DNA from: an uncultured Acidobacteriota bacterium | GTDB lineage: Bacteria > Acidobacteriota > Terriglobia > Terriglobales > Acidobacteriaceae | DNA: 64,000 bases | Assembly: GCA_963786565.1 (NCBI GenBank) | Contig: CAWAZR010000011.1 | Coordinates: 271,592 to 335,591, forward strand | Direction: 5' to 3' | Part shown: positions 45,401 through 53,536 of the stretch, piece after piece | How positions within the stretch are numbered: the first letter of the stretch is position 1 | Layout of the letters: each line of letters opens with the position of its first letter | Made by a program: the position numbers and the translations under genes | Notes under the pieces: model-generated | What the model was told of the DNA's origin: nothing | Seen by the model: the letters and a program-made list of their open reading frames with translations, nothing else | Databases searched by the model: none

Positions 45401-46250
45401 GCCGCGTGACTTCTTCAAAAATGTCGTCCACGCGCGCCAGATTCTGTTTCGCGCTTTCCAGGCGCAGCTCCGCGAGTCGCTTCTTGGTCTTGAAGCGCGT
45501 TACGCCGGCCGCTTCTTCGATAATCGCCCTGCGCTCATAGGGCTTCGAACTCAGCAGTTGCCCAATGCGCTCCTGCCCGATGATCGCGTAGCTCTCCGGC
45601 CCCAGGCCCGTGCCCATGAAGATGTCCTGAATGTCGCGCAGCCGGCAGAGCTTGCCGTTCAGCAGGTACTCGCTTTCGCCGGTGCGAAACAGCCGCCGCG
45701 TAATCACGACTTCACCCTTTTGCGGCTTGCTATGGAACTTGCGCCGCCGGATCTTGAGCAGCACGCCTTGCGGCGCCCCGTTGGGTGCCCCCGGTCCCTC
45801 GCCTTTGGGGACCGGGGATTCCTCGCCCTCTTCTTCGCTCACCTGTCCCGGCTGTTCGCTCGCGATGATCTCTTCGGCCTCGGCCGCGCGCTGGCGGCGC
45901 ACCTCTTCTTCATCCCAGTCCGCCGGCCCCTCGTGACCCACCATGACCTCCGGCTCAACCGGCACAGGCCCCTCGTAGGCCTCGGGATCGATCATGGTCA
46001 GCGTTACTTCCGCCATTCCCAGCGGCTTGCGTTCGCGCGTCCCGGCAAAGATCAGGTCCTGCATGTGCGAGCCGCGCAATGTCTTCGCGCTCTGCTCACC
46101 CAGTACCCAACTCACGCCGTCCAAAATGTTCGACTTTCCGCATCCATTCGGACCCACCACCACGGCAATCCCCGTGCCCGCAACGGTCACTTCCGTGCGG
46201 TCACAAAAGCTTTTAAAGCCGAGGATGTGAATCTTCTTTAGTTTCAGCAT
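42423..46250 (-). CDS. smc: chromosome segregation protein SMC
   Basis: Start at MLKLKKIHILGFKSF (ATG 46250). Walker A GPNGCGKSN, long coiled coils, and a C-terminal LSGGEK signature plus Walker B FCVLDEVDAALD. The 106-codon 5' extension in the track overlaps ffs and is rejected. Confidence 0.9.
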   Translation of the reverse strand: MLKLKKIHILGFKSFCDRTEVTVAGTGIAVVVGPNGCGKSNILDGVSWVLGEQSAKTLRGSHMQDLIFAGTRERKPLGMAEVTLTMIDPEAYEGPVPVEPEVMVGHEGPADWDEEEVRRQRAAEAEEIIASEQPGQVSEEEGEESPVPKGEGPGAPNGAPQGVLLKIRRRKFHSKPQKGEVVITRRLFRTGESEYLLNGKLCRLRDIQDIFMGTGLGPESYAIIGQERIGQLLSSKPYERRAIIEEAAGVTRFKTKKRLAELRLESAKQNLARVDDIFEEVTRQMNSLKRQAAKAERYAAVREELRGRLRVVLASRMAAMDADQARLEAEIAALTEQVNRSVVEIAQQETSQHALTERGYELDREVLESQTRASTAAVELERAAARERSNTERVGELVARIAESGAELEQTRTQLAGIEEERAQQKTFLETAAGEAHEFHAKVETRQHEARSAAEEVFTAERELETERRHAMHLLTLSGNARNYIAQGEESLAALEREAERLESEMGQARIESENLGVQTGESRLRFASADATLKRLEQEIATLRETLTAKRSDESARRAQANQLRGEQAAVLGRRDSLQALIRNHGYATDSVRRLLKPGALGPSVAPVGTLADILEVSGEHEGVVDEFLREELNYVVVENWGAAEEGVRVLKTSDGRATFLIHSDAQGKLFETTNDPTGEPGVTPLRDAVKVLNGFGRSLEAVLPKLRHGYLTENSTDAQRLASRYRHAYFLTPDGECFHSSTVTGGKPASEGPLALKRELRETEGRLAKLEADLESAQRDADALSRAIEELTAQLETHGEERRTGESESATLGAALKQMEAEAQRIERRLQEWQAQAARNKDARETKRQAIAEKREEAARLESEHSQADSGLNARLAQLETLRLKREALQQEAAQMTAELAGLEERRRGAEAAFQRIDRLFGDLTRRVQAIEQQRTAAEAEREQRIQENTELVGQQRQRTETRAAALAAAQSLSEQAQALRLQLAAMEAQLKTGRAALDQLREKRAGLSSELAKLHSDLEYLEGSCLAEVNVEAQVLRADTAIARLAGEELAAEEEICRGLKQRLEQMGPVNMMALDEYKETAERHAFLETQRNDLIESIENTQETIKEIDLISRTKFDEALVQINENFGKVFARLFQGGQAFLRVTDEENQAESGLDIVVSPPGKKLQNVLLLSGGEKALTALALLVGIFEFRPSPFCVLDEVDAALDETNVGRFSDLLDSLSHNTQFLIVTHSKRMMQAADMIYGVTMQEPGVSKIVSVRLGQRELKRATA

Positions 46251-46521
46251 GTTTACTCCGGATCGACGAGCCTGCGCTTGAAGGTTTGTTTTGCGCCCGC
46301 CCGCGACCTCGCGAAAAACCGCGCGAACGCGCAAATTCACTGCTTCATTAGAGACTTTACGAAGGTGTGAAGGCAGGGTCAACGCGAATAAGAGGCACCA
46401 ATGTGGATAAGAGGGCTGGAATTGTTGCGCCACGAAAAGCGCCGGACATTCTTCGGCCTTGGTCAGACAGTCCGTAGCCGGTCGCGAGGGTCTTTGCACC
46501 TCCGCTCCAACCAAGCGCAAA

Positions 46522-46530
46522 TGATAAAAT
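46522..46530 (+). promoter_or_regulatory. extended -10 promoter element of ffs
   Basis: TGATAAAAT (TGn + TAAAAT), ending 7 nt before the proposed SRP RNA 5' end. No good -35 is seen. Confidence 0.45.
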
Positions 46531-46536
46531 CTATCA

Positions 46537-46639
46537 GTGCCGGGTCCTCCGCGACGTAATCCCGCCAATCCCGCCAGGTCCGGAAGGAAGCAACGGTAAC
46601 GGGCTAATGCGTGTGCAGTAGGTCACCCGGTACTTTTTT
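46537..46639 (+). ncRNA. ffs: signal recognition particle RNA (small/4.5S type)
   Basis: CCAGGTCCGGAAGGAAGCAACGG (46574..46596) matches the conserved SRP RNA domain IV motif (E. coli 4.5S ...CAGGUCCGGAAGGAAGCAGCC..., from memory). The 5' GTGCCGGGT pairs with the 3' ACCCGGTAC. A T6 run follows (46634..46639), and a second small palindrome AGCGCCATGGCGCT lies after it. Confidence 0.85.
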
Positions 46640-46772
46640 AGCGCCATGGCGCTTTTCCAAAGAGCCTGTGGACCGCAATTCTTGAGAAAGTTCGCAATCT
46701 TCGCACACCGTTTGTGAACGAAAGGCGGCCAGCCGGTTCCCCACCGGTGCGTACGCCGCAAGGAGAAATACA

Positions 46773-47789
46773 TTGAGCCTGACCGTTCGCCCCGTGGTGG
46801 GCCGCCGCGCCAAGATTTCGGCGCTCGGAACCTACGTTCCTCCCGATTTGATCACCAATCAAGACCTGGAAAAGCTGGTGGAAACCAGCGACCAGTGGAT
46901 CATGGAACGCACGGGCATCAAGACGCGTCACAAGCTGGCCGCCGGAAAGGGCGTAAGCGACATTTGCGCGGAAGCCGCAAAGAAATGTTTGGCGGCGCGC
47001 AGCATTGGGCCCGACGAGCTTGACGTCATCATCGTGGGCACGGTGACGCCGGACATGATGTATCCCAACACGGCCGCCCTGGTGCAGCACAAGATCGGCG
47101 CGCATCGCGTGTGGGGTTTTGACGTCTCCGCGGGCTGCTCGGGATTCACCTATGCGCTACAGGCAGGCGTGAAGATGGTGGAGAGCGGCATGCACAGCAA
47201 GGTCCTGGTATGCGGCGCCGACGCCAACACGCGTATGACCGACTACACCGACCGCGCCACCTGCGTGCTCTTCGGCGACGGCGGCGGCGCGGTGCTGGTC
47301 GAGCCTTGCGAAGAGGGCGAGATCGGCTTCATCGACTCCCTCAACGAGATCGACGGCGCGGGCGGCGTGAGCTTGTACATGCCGGGCGGCGGCAGCCTGA
47401 ACCCATCGACCCACGAGACCGTCGACAAGAAGATGCACTTCATCCACCAGGACGGCCCCGCGGTCTACAAGTTCGCGGTGCGCAAAATGGCCGAACTTAC
47501 GGGATCGCTGCTGGAGCGCAATGGCGTTACCGGCGCGGATCTGGGCTGCTTCATTCCCCATCAGGCCAACAAGCGCATCATCACGGCCACGGCCGATCGG
47601 CTTGGCATGAGCGCAGATCGCGTGATCGTCAATATAGAAAAGTACGGCAACACCTCCTCCGGAACCATCCCGCTCGCCATGGAGACGGCCGTCGAAGAAG
47701 GCAAGTTGAAAAAGGGCGACCTGGTGCTGCTCGCCGCAGTGGGCGCAGGTTTTACCGTGGGCACAGTGCTGCTGCGCTGGGAAATCTGA
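46773..47789 (+). CDS. fabH: beta-ketoacyl-ACP synthase III
   Basis: Active-site Cys in [20 protein letters not shown] and [14 protein letters not shown] start. Confidence 0.9.
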   Translation: MSLTVRPVVGRRAKISALGTYVPPDLITNQDLEKLVETSDQWIMERTGIKTRHKLAAGKGVSDICAEAAKKCLAARSIGPDELDVIIVGTVTPDMMYPNTAALVQHKIGAHRVWGFDVSAGCSGFTYALQAGVKMVESGMHSKVLVCGADANTRMTDYTDRATCVLFGDGGGAVLVEPCEEGEIGFIDSLNEIDGAGGVSLYMPGGGSLNPSTHETVDKKMHFIHQDGPAVYKFAVRKMAELTGSLLERNGVTGADLGCFIPHQANKRIITATADRLGMSADRVIVNIEKYGNTSSGTIPLAMETAVEEGKLKKGDLVLLAAVGAGFTVGTVLLRWEI

Positions 47790-47895
47790 AACGCAACTGG
47801 TTGCTACCATCTTCTAGCTTGCTCTGCGCAGGACGAACCACGGCGCGTCGGCGCGTTCGCTGCTGTCCTCGCCTCGATGAGGGCTGAGCAAGGAA

Positions 47896-47990
47896 TAAGC
47901 CCGCTTCAGCGGGCATAAGAGGCTAGCCCCAGGCGCAAGCCTGGGGCGGAAGGTCGCTTTCCGAAACCGCAGCCCCAAAGGGGCGTAAGA
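47896..47990 (+). repeat. family C hairpin-cluster repeat, copy C1
   Basis: GCCCGCTTCAGCGGGC ... AGCCCCAGGCGCAAGCCTGGGGC ... GCCCCAAAGGGGCGTAAGAAC. The central hairpin is identical to that at 52338. Confidence 0.75.
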
Positions 47991-48049
47991 ACGACTCCCG
48001 AATCTAAAATCGCTCGCGAGAATCTCGCAGCTTTTTATCAAAAAGACCA

Positions 48050-48084
48050 AGCTGGAAGCTGGTAGCTAGAAGCTGGCAGCTATT
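48050..48084. repeat. heptamer tandem repeat (AGCTGGN)x5
   Basis: agctgga agctggt agctaga agctggc agctatt, about 70 nt upstream of hpf. Confidence 0.7.
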
Positions 48085-48154
48085 TCGGCATATACTGTGC
48101 TCCACCAGCGTCGGCATTCGGCGCGAACTAGACGATATCTAAGCGGAGGCGACC

Positions 48155-48781
48155 ATGGAAGTGGCATTCACCGCAAGGAAGGGCAAGATTTCCAAGGCTG
48201 TGCGCACGCAGGCCGAGGAAGGCATGGAACGCATTGGGCGCATTCTGGGCCGGACCGCGCGAGCCAGCGTCACATTCAGCGCGCAAAGGCATGTCCACAT
48301 CGTCGAATTGACCATCATGGCCCGCTCGCAGAAATTCGCCGCCACGGGCAAAGGCGATTCGCCCGACGCAGCGCTGCGTGAAGCCACCGAACACGCCGAG
48401 CATCAAGTCCATCGGCACCGCGACCGGCGCATCGTGAGCAAGCGCCTGCCCAAAGGCGAAAAGATGCTCACGGCGCCTCCCGTTACGCGGCCCAAGGCGC
48501 GCGTGGAGCCCCTGAGAGATACCGAAGAGGCTGGTTCGGCACGTGGCAAAGCGCGGGCATCCATTGCCGTGCACTCGTTCCCTATGCGCAGCACCGTGGT
48601 CGAGCCGCACATCGTCAAGAGCGGGGAGGCCATTTCGCTGAGGCCGATGACGATTGAAGAGGCCGTGAAAGACGCCGAGTTTCGCGACCGCGACTTGTTG
48701 ATTTTTCGCACCGCAGTCGGAGAGACGTTTGTGCTGCATCGCCGCCGCGACGGCCAAATGGAGTTGGTGGAAATTCCCTAG
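48155..48781 (+). CDS. hpf: ribosome hibernation promoting factor (long HPF)
   Basis: N-terminal RaiA/S30AE fold (MEVAFTARKGKISKAVRTQAEEGMERI...) and a C-terminal long-HPF dimerisation domain (IVKSGEAISLRPMTIEEAV...FRTAVGETFVLHRRRDGQMELVE). Confidence 0.85.
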   Translation: MEVAFTARKGKISKAVRTQAEEGMERIGRILGRTARASVTFSAQRHVHIVELTIMARSQKFAATGKGDSPDAALREATEHAEHQVHRHRDRRIVSKRLPKGEKMLTAPPVTRPKARVEPLRDTEEAGSARGKARASIAVHSFPMRSTVVEPHIVKSGEAISLRPMTIEEAVKDAEFRDRDLLIFRTAVGETFVLHRRRDGQMELVEIP

Positions 48782-49002
48782 AGCCTTCATGGACGGCGCC
48801 GCGCCCGCTGTCTGGCTCGCCGCACGCGCACGATATGACCAGGCGCCGTCCGGTACCGAACTGATCGTGTTTGTGTCTCCTGGGGAAACACGGGAGTGCG
48901 TAAGGGCTTACGTAACTTGCGCTTGCACGCGGACTTTGGTTGCATTCGGTGACCGCTTTTTGGGGATGGTTGTATGAATCCACGCCGCTTACGATCTAAC
49001 CA

Positions 49003-51144
49003 ATGGCATCAGTTGCTCCAAAGGCCGGACCCAGAGGGGTGCGGAAACGCTCGCCAGCTCCTATGCTGGCTGTTCCGGGGGAGGCCGTGGATCTGAACGT
49101 GTACGGAAACGCAAATCCCGACGCGCAGCGCGCGGTTCTCGACGGTCTCCCAGTCCTGGTCTTCCTTGAACGTGCGGGCAAGATTGTCTTTGCCAATGCC
49201 GAAGCGCGGCAGTTGCTGGGTATGGATGGCGGCGAGTGGATTCCCCGTCCCGTCGAAGATGTTTTGTGGGGACTTTTTCCCGGCACGGCTGAGCCGCAAA
49301 CCCTGCTGACCGGCACGCGGCACGGTAGTCCATTCCATGCCACTCTTCCGGCCCCCGACGGCAGCCTTGTGCCTGTCGAGGGCACCTATAGCATCTCAAA
49401 CGCGCAACTGCGCGAAGCTGTGATCGTGGCTCATCCCTGCGAAAAGGAACGAGCTCCCAAATCGCGATTGATGGAAGATGTCCTCTCCAGCCTTCCCGAA
49501 GGCGTCGCGATTGAACATCAGAATCACGTTCTCTACACCAATCCCGCGTTCACGCGCATGTTTGGCTACACCGCTGAAGAGGTCAGCGGCGGCAGCCTGC
49601 GCGAATTGATTGTCCCAGAGACACGCCTGAACGAAAATGCCACGCTGCTGCGCGTGGTCGACGATCGGGGAAGCGCCACCATGGAAACCGTGCGCCTCAG
49701 CAAGGCCGGCGAACTCGTAGACGTCAGCATGCAAATCGCGCCGCTCTTGGTGGACGGCGCCAAGGTGGGCTATGTCTTCACGTTTCGCGATATCGGCGAA
49801 GTGAAACAGACTGAAGCCAAGTTGCAGCACGACGCCATGCACGATGTGCTCACCGGATTGCCCAACCGTGCGCTGTTTCTTGACCGCCTGAACCTCACTC
49901 TGACTCGCCGCCTGCGCCATCCTGACAATGGCTGTGGCGTGCTCTATATGGATCTCGACAACTTCAAGTCCGTCAACGACAGCCTGGGTCACGCCGCGGG
50001 CGATGTACTGTTGATGGCGATTGCCGGACGGCTGCGTTCCTCGCTTCGCCCTCAGGACTCTGCCGCGCGTCTCGGCGGCGATGAATTTGCCGTGCTGGTG
50101 GAAAACATTGTAACTGCTTACGATCTTGAAGTGGTCGCCAGACGCATCCTGCATGAGCTGGAGCGGCCCTTCGATATCTTCGGCCACACCGTTCACGCCG
50201 GCGCCAGCATCGGTGCGGCTATGGCGGGTCCCGAGCACACATCATCCGATCTGCTGCTGCGCGACGCCGACTTTGCCATGTACCGCGCCAAACAAGCGGG
50301 CCGCGGACGTTACGAAATCTTCGACAAGCATCTCGAGGTCTTCGTCACCAGCCAGCAAGAGCGCGAGCGCGAGTTGCGGACGGCCCTCGACAAGCGCCAA
50401 TTCACATTCCTCTATCAGCCCATCTACCGGCTCACCAACGGCAAGCTGGAAGGCTTCGAATCTCAACTCTGCCTGCGCCGCGCCGATGGATCCATTGAGG
50501 ATGTTGACGGCCTGCTCGCACTGGCCGAGGACACGGGCCTTTCTATCGCGCTGGCCCAGGAAGTATTTGACACCGTTTCCGCGCAGTTGCGGTCCTGGAG
50601 CGAAACTCTGCCGAACTCGGATATATTCCTCTCCGTCAACCTGACGCGCCGGCAGATATTTAACACCGATTTGATCGCCCAGGTAATGAGAGCCCTTGCG
50701 GCCAGCGGCGTTGATCCATCGCGCCTCGTGTTCGAGATTCCCGAAAGCGCCCTCAACGAGACTCCCGATGCTGCGGTTGGCATCCTCCAGCGCCTCGCCG
50801 ATTGCCAGGTGCGCGTAGCTATCGACGAATTCGGCAGTAGCCTGGCGCCCTTGAATCATCTGCTTCAGTTGCCCCTTGCCATGGTCAAGCTCGCGCCCAA
50901 GCTCACAGCCGCTGCCGTTTCGACGGGCCGTCAACAGGCTGTACTGGAGTCGCTCGTCCGCCTCTCCAACACATTGAACCTGCCTGTCGTCGCCCAGGGA
51001 ATCGAGACCCGCGAGCAGGTTGCAGCGCTGGTCCGCATAGGCTGCACGTTGGGTGAAGGACCGCTTCTGTCACCCGCTCTCAATCCGGAACGTGCGCTGG
51101 AACTGGCGCAAGCCGGCTCGCGACCTGCCGCGTCTCGCGCCTAA
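49003..51144 (+). CDS. PAS-PAS-GGDEF-EAL signalling protein (GGDEF intact, EAL degenerate)
   Basis: GGDEF with an upstream RxxD I-site (RPQDSAARLGGDEF). EAL-domain landmarks are altered: ESQLC for EALxR, DEFGSS for DDFGTG, KLA for KID, AQGIE for AEGVE, EGP for QGY. Confidence 0.85.
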   Translation: MASVAPKAGPRGVRKRSPAPMLAVPGEAVDLNVYGNANPDAQRAVLDGLPVLVFLERAGKIVFANAEARQLLGMDGGEWIPRPVEDVLWGLFPGTAEPQTLLTGTRHGSPFHATLPAPDGSLVPVEGTYSISNAQLREAVIVAHPCEKERAPKSRLMEDVLSSLPEGVAIEHQNHVLYTNPAFTRMFGYTAEEVSGGSLRELIVPETRLNENATLLRVVDDRGSATMETVRLSKAGELVDVSMQIAPLLVDGAKVGYVFTFRDIGEVKQTEAKLQHDAMHDVLTGLPNRALFLDRLNLTLTRRLRHPDNGCGVLYMDLDNFKSVNDSLGHAAGDVLLMAIAGRLRSSLRPQDSAARLGGDEFAVLVENIVTAYDLEVVARRILHELERPFDIFGHTVHAGASIGAAMAGPEHTSSDLLLRDADFAMYRAKQAGRGRYEIFDKHLEVFVTSQQERERELRTALDKRQFTFLYQPIYRLTNGKLEGFESQLCLRRADGSIEDVDGLLALAEDTGLSIALAQEVFDTVSAQLRSWSETLPNSDIFLSVNLTRRQIFNTDLIAQVMRALAASGVDPSRLVFEIPESALNETPDAAVGILQRLADCQVRVAIDEFGSSLAPLNHLLQLPLAMVKLAPKLTAAAVSTGRQQAVLESLVRLSNTLNLPVVAQGIETREQVAALVRIGCTLGEGPLLSPALNPERALELAQAGSRPAASRA

Positions 51145-51369
51145 TACTACGGTCGTAGATAGTCGTTTGGGAGGGAGCAGGGGGATTTATCTCCCTGAAA
51201 AGCAGTGCAAGTTTCGCGGCCTTTAGGCCCGGATTTACGCGACTCGCGCCAAACACAACTGCTGAAGCCGTGCCCTTGTTACTAAGCCCATTGAATCGAA
51301 TTTTTCCGCAACCTGTTAAATCCATCCCGTCATATACCGGCTGCCGCCCTCCCGGTGTAGCATGATCCC

Positions 51370-52299
51370 ATGACGCCCCGAAAGCCCGCGCGCAACCCGG
51401 GGATATCTCCTCGAACCGCTCGGCAGCGGAAGCAGGCTGGCAAACCGGTCAACGAACTGGTGATCCTGACCGGAATCTCCGGCGCGGGAAAAGCATCAGC
51501 GCTCAAGGCATTTGAGGATCTGGGATTTCACTGCGTCGATAATCTTCCTCTTGAGCTTCTACCTCATTTTGCGGGTCTCGTCAGTGCCTCGCCCCACGTG
51601 GAGCGTGCGGCCATCGTGATCGACGTGCGCGAAGGCGCGACCCTCGACCGCTTGCCCGACATTCTCAAGAGCGTCAAGAAATTACTGCAAACCCGCGTGG
51701 TGTTTCTCGACGCTCAGGACGCGGTGCTGGTGCGCCGCTTCTCCGAGACGCGCCGCCCGCACCCGCTCGGCCGCAGTGAAACGGTGTGGCGCTCCATCGT
51801 AGAAGAGCGCCAGTTGCTCGACCCCATTCGCAACGTCGCCGACACCCTTATCGACACCTCGAACTTCAACGTGCACGAGTTGCGTGCCGACATCCTGGCG
51901 CGTTTCGGTCACGAGGACGAATCGAAGCGCCTTCTTGTTTCCTGTCTCAGTTTTGGTTTCAAAAATGGTGTTCCGCTTGACGCGGACATGGTCTTCGATG
52001 TGCGTTTCCTTCCCAATCCGCACTTCGTGCCGGAGTTCCGCAAGAAGACCGGCCTCGATCCCAAGGTTGCCGCCTACGTGCGCGGTTTCCCGCAGACGAA
52101 GGAGTTCCTCGATCGCGTGACAAAGCTGATGCTCTACCTGCTGCCGCACTATGTGGAAGAGGGCAAGAGCTATCTGACGGTGGGCTTCGGTTGCACCGGT
52201 GGCCAGCATCGCAGCGTCATGATGGCCGAAGAGATGCGCAAGCGGTTGGAAAAAGCTGGCTACCAGGTGAAGTCCCTGCATCGCGACATGCCGCGCTGA
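51370..52299 (+). CDS. rapZ: RNase adapter protein RapZ (YvcJ/YhbJ P-loop NTPase)
   Basis: P-loop GISGAGKASALKAFEDLGF, DVRFLPNPHF and FGCTGGQHRSV. Confidence 0.88.
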   Translation: MTPRKPARNPGISPRTARQRKQAGKPVNELVILTGISGAGKASALKAFEDLGFHCVDNLPLELLPHFAGLVSASPHVERAAIVIDVREGATLDRLPDILKSVKKLLQTRVVFLDAQDAVLVRRFSETRRPHPLGRSETVWRSIVEERQLLDPIRNVADTLIDTSNFNVHELRADILARFGHEDESKRLLVSCLSFGFKNGVPLDADMVFDVRFLPNPHFVPEFRKKTGLDPKVAAYVRGFPQTKEFLDRVTKLMLYLLPHYVEEGKSYLTVGFGCTGGQHRSVMMAEEMRKRLEKAGYQVKSLHRDMPR

Positions 52300-52305
52300 G
52301 TAGTG

Positions 52306-52400
52306 GCTCCAAAGCCCCGCAGGGGCGAAAGATGGTAGCCCCAGGCGCAAGCCTGGGGAATTAGGCAGACCAACAAACATCAGCCCCGTAGGGGCGAAAG
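52306..52400 (+). repeat. family C hairpin-cluster repeat, copy C2
   Basis: GCCCCGCAGGGGCGAAAGA ... AGCCCCAGGCGCAAGCCTGGGGA ... GCCCCGTAGGGGCGAAAGAAC. Confidence 0.75.
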
Positions 52401-52444
52401 AACTCCAAGCGGGTCATCGGCGAGGTTTTTGAACCGCGCCCTCT

Positions 52445-53398
52445 TCACTTCGCAGGCAGCTCGTCCAGCCATCGCGCCAGCGCATCTGCAAAAGGCTGGC
52501 TGCCGGGATTCGTCCAAGCTGCCATTTTTTGCGCCGGCACGCTTCTGTACGCCTCAACATCTTCCGTCCGTCCCTCGGGAGAAAGTATCCACAGGGACGG
52601 GACCCGCAGCGCGCCCGCTGCCGCATCCAATTCCCACCGATCGCGCACCAGCAGCCGCGCGGGAACCATCCGCGCCCGCGCATCGTTGAAGATCGCGCTC
52701 ATCGGATCCGCCAGCGGTGTTTCCACAATCACCCCGGCCAACTCCGGATGCGCGGCGGCCTCTTCGAGCGCCAGGTTCGCGCCCAGCCCCGTTCCGTCGA
52801 GCACAATGGCCCCGGGAACGACGTGCCGGGTTCCAATCAAATATTCGAGTGCCCACTCGGCATCCTGACCCCATTCAGCCTCACTGGGCCGTACAAACTG
52901 GCTCTGCCCGTAGCCGCGGTAATCGAAAACCAGCACGTTCACGCCCGCCGCGTGCAGCCGGGCGAGTGCATCCACCGTGTCTCCCAGATTGCCGTCCTGC
53001 TCGTGCAGGTAGAGCACCGTGAGCCGGGCGAATTGTGCGTCCGGCGCAGCGGGAATCCACCAGCCCGCAAGCCGCGGCGTGCCCGCATCGGTAGCAGCAA
53101 ACCCCACAGCATCGAAAGCCAATCCCGCGCTTGCCGGCGTGCGCGTAACCGCCGCCGCCGGATGGTAGAGCAGTTGCCAACTGCCCTGCCAGAAAAGCAG
53201 GCAAAGCCCGCACCACGCGCAAAAAAAGGCCGCGCCAATGGTGACGCCAATAGCGCCCAGCAGCCAGCGGCCCGAAACCCTGATCCTTCCTGACGCATCG
53301 CGCGCGTGGACCTGCGCGCGCCGCCCTGCACCGGCCTTTTCGCCGCCGTGTCCGGGTCCGCGCGACCCAATCTCCGACCCCTTTTTCTTGCCGGCCAT
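52445..53398 (-). CDS. membrane-anchored alpha/beta-hydrolase-fold protein, nucleophile motif degenerate (GTGLG)
   Basis: Only the 3' third of the 878-aa track ORF is credible. Start at MAGKKKGSEIG (ATG 53398), TM helix LLGAIGVTIGAAFFCAWCGLCLLFW, and the hydrolase_4-like core VLVFDYRGYGQS...IVLDGTGLGANLAL. Confidence 0.65.
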   Translation of the reverse strand: MAGKKKGSEIGSRGPGHGGEKAGAGRRAQVHARDASGRIRVSGRWLLGAIGVTIGAAFFCAWCGLCLLFWQGSWQLLYHPAAAVTRTPASAGLAFDAVGFAATDAGTPRLAGWWIPAAPDAQFARLTVLYLHEQDGNLGDTVDALARLHAAGVNVLVFDYRGYGQSQFVRPSEAEWGQDAEWALEYLIGTRHVVPGAIVLDGTGLGANLALEEAAAHPELAGVIVETPLADPMSAIFNDARARMVPARLLVRDRWELDAAAGALRVPSLWILSPEGRTEDVEAYRSVPAQKMAAWTNPGSQPFADALARWLDELPAK

Positions 53399-53536
53399 GC
53401 GTGCTTCTTCCCTGGTTTCCGGTCCCGGATTCCGGAACCAACTCCATGCTAATTCGTAAGCCTGCAGGCCTCTTCCCGGTCTTCGGGTGTATAGTTTTTC
53501 TTGGTTTCCGAAATCGTTTACGGAGAAGGTCAAAAA

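Noticed and set aside
43500-46241. 339-aa and 469-aa plus-strand ORFs inside smc
   Set aside because: They are antisense to a gene with complete SMC motifs, and their products are Arg/Leu/Ala-rich repeats mirroring the coiled-coil codons.
46251-46568. 106-codon N-terminal extension of smc in the ORF track
   Set aside because: It has no similarity to SMC. The canonical MLKLKKIHILGFKSF N-terminus starts at 46250, and the extension overlaps the SRP RNA gene on the other strand.
48071-48090. TGGCAG...GGCA upstream of hpf as a possible sigma-54 promoter
   Set aside because: The GG-to-GC spacing is one nt too long, and the TGGCAG is simply the last unit of the heptamer repeat.
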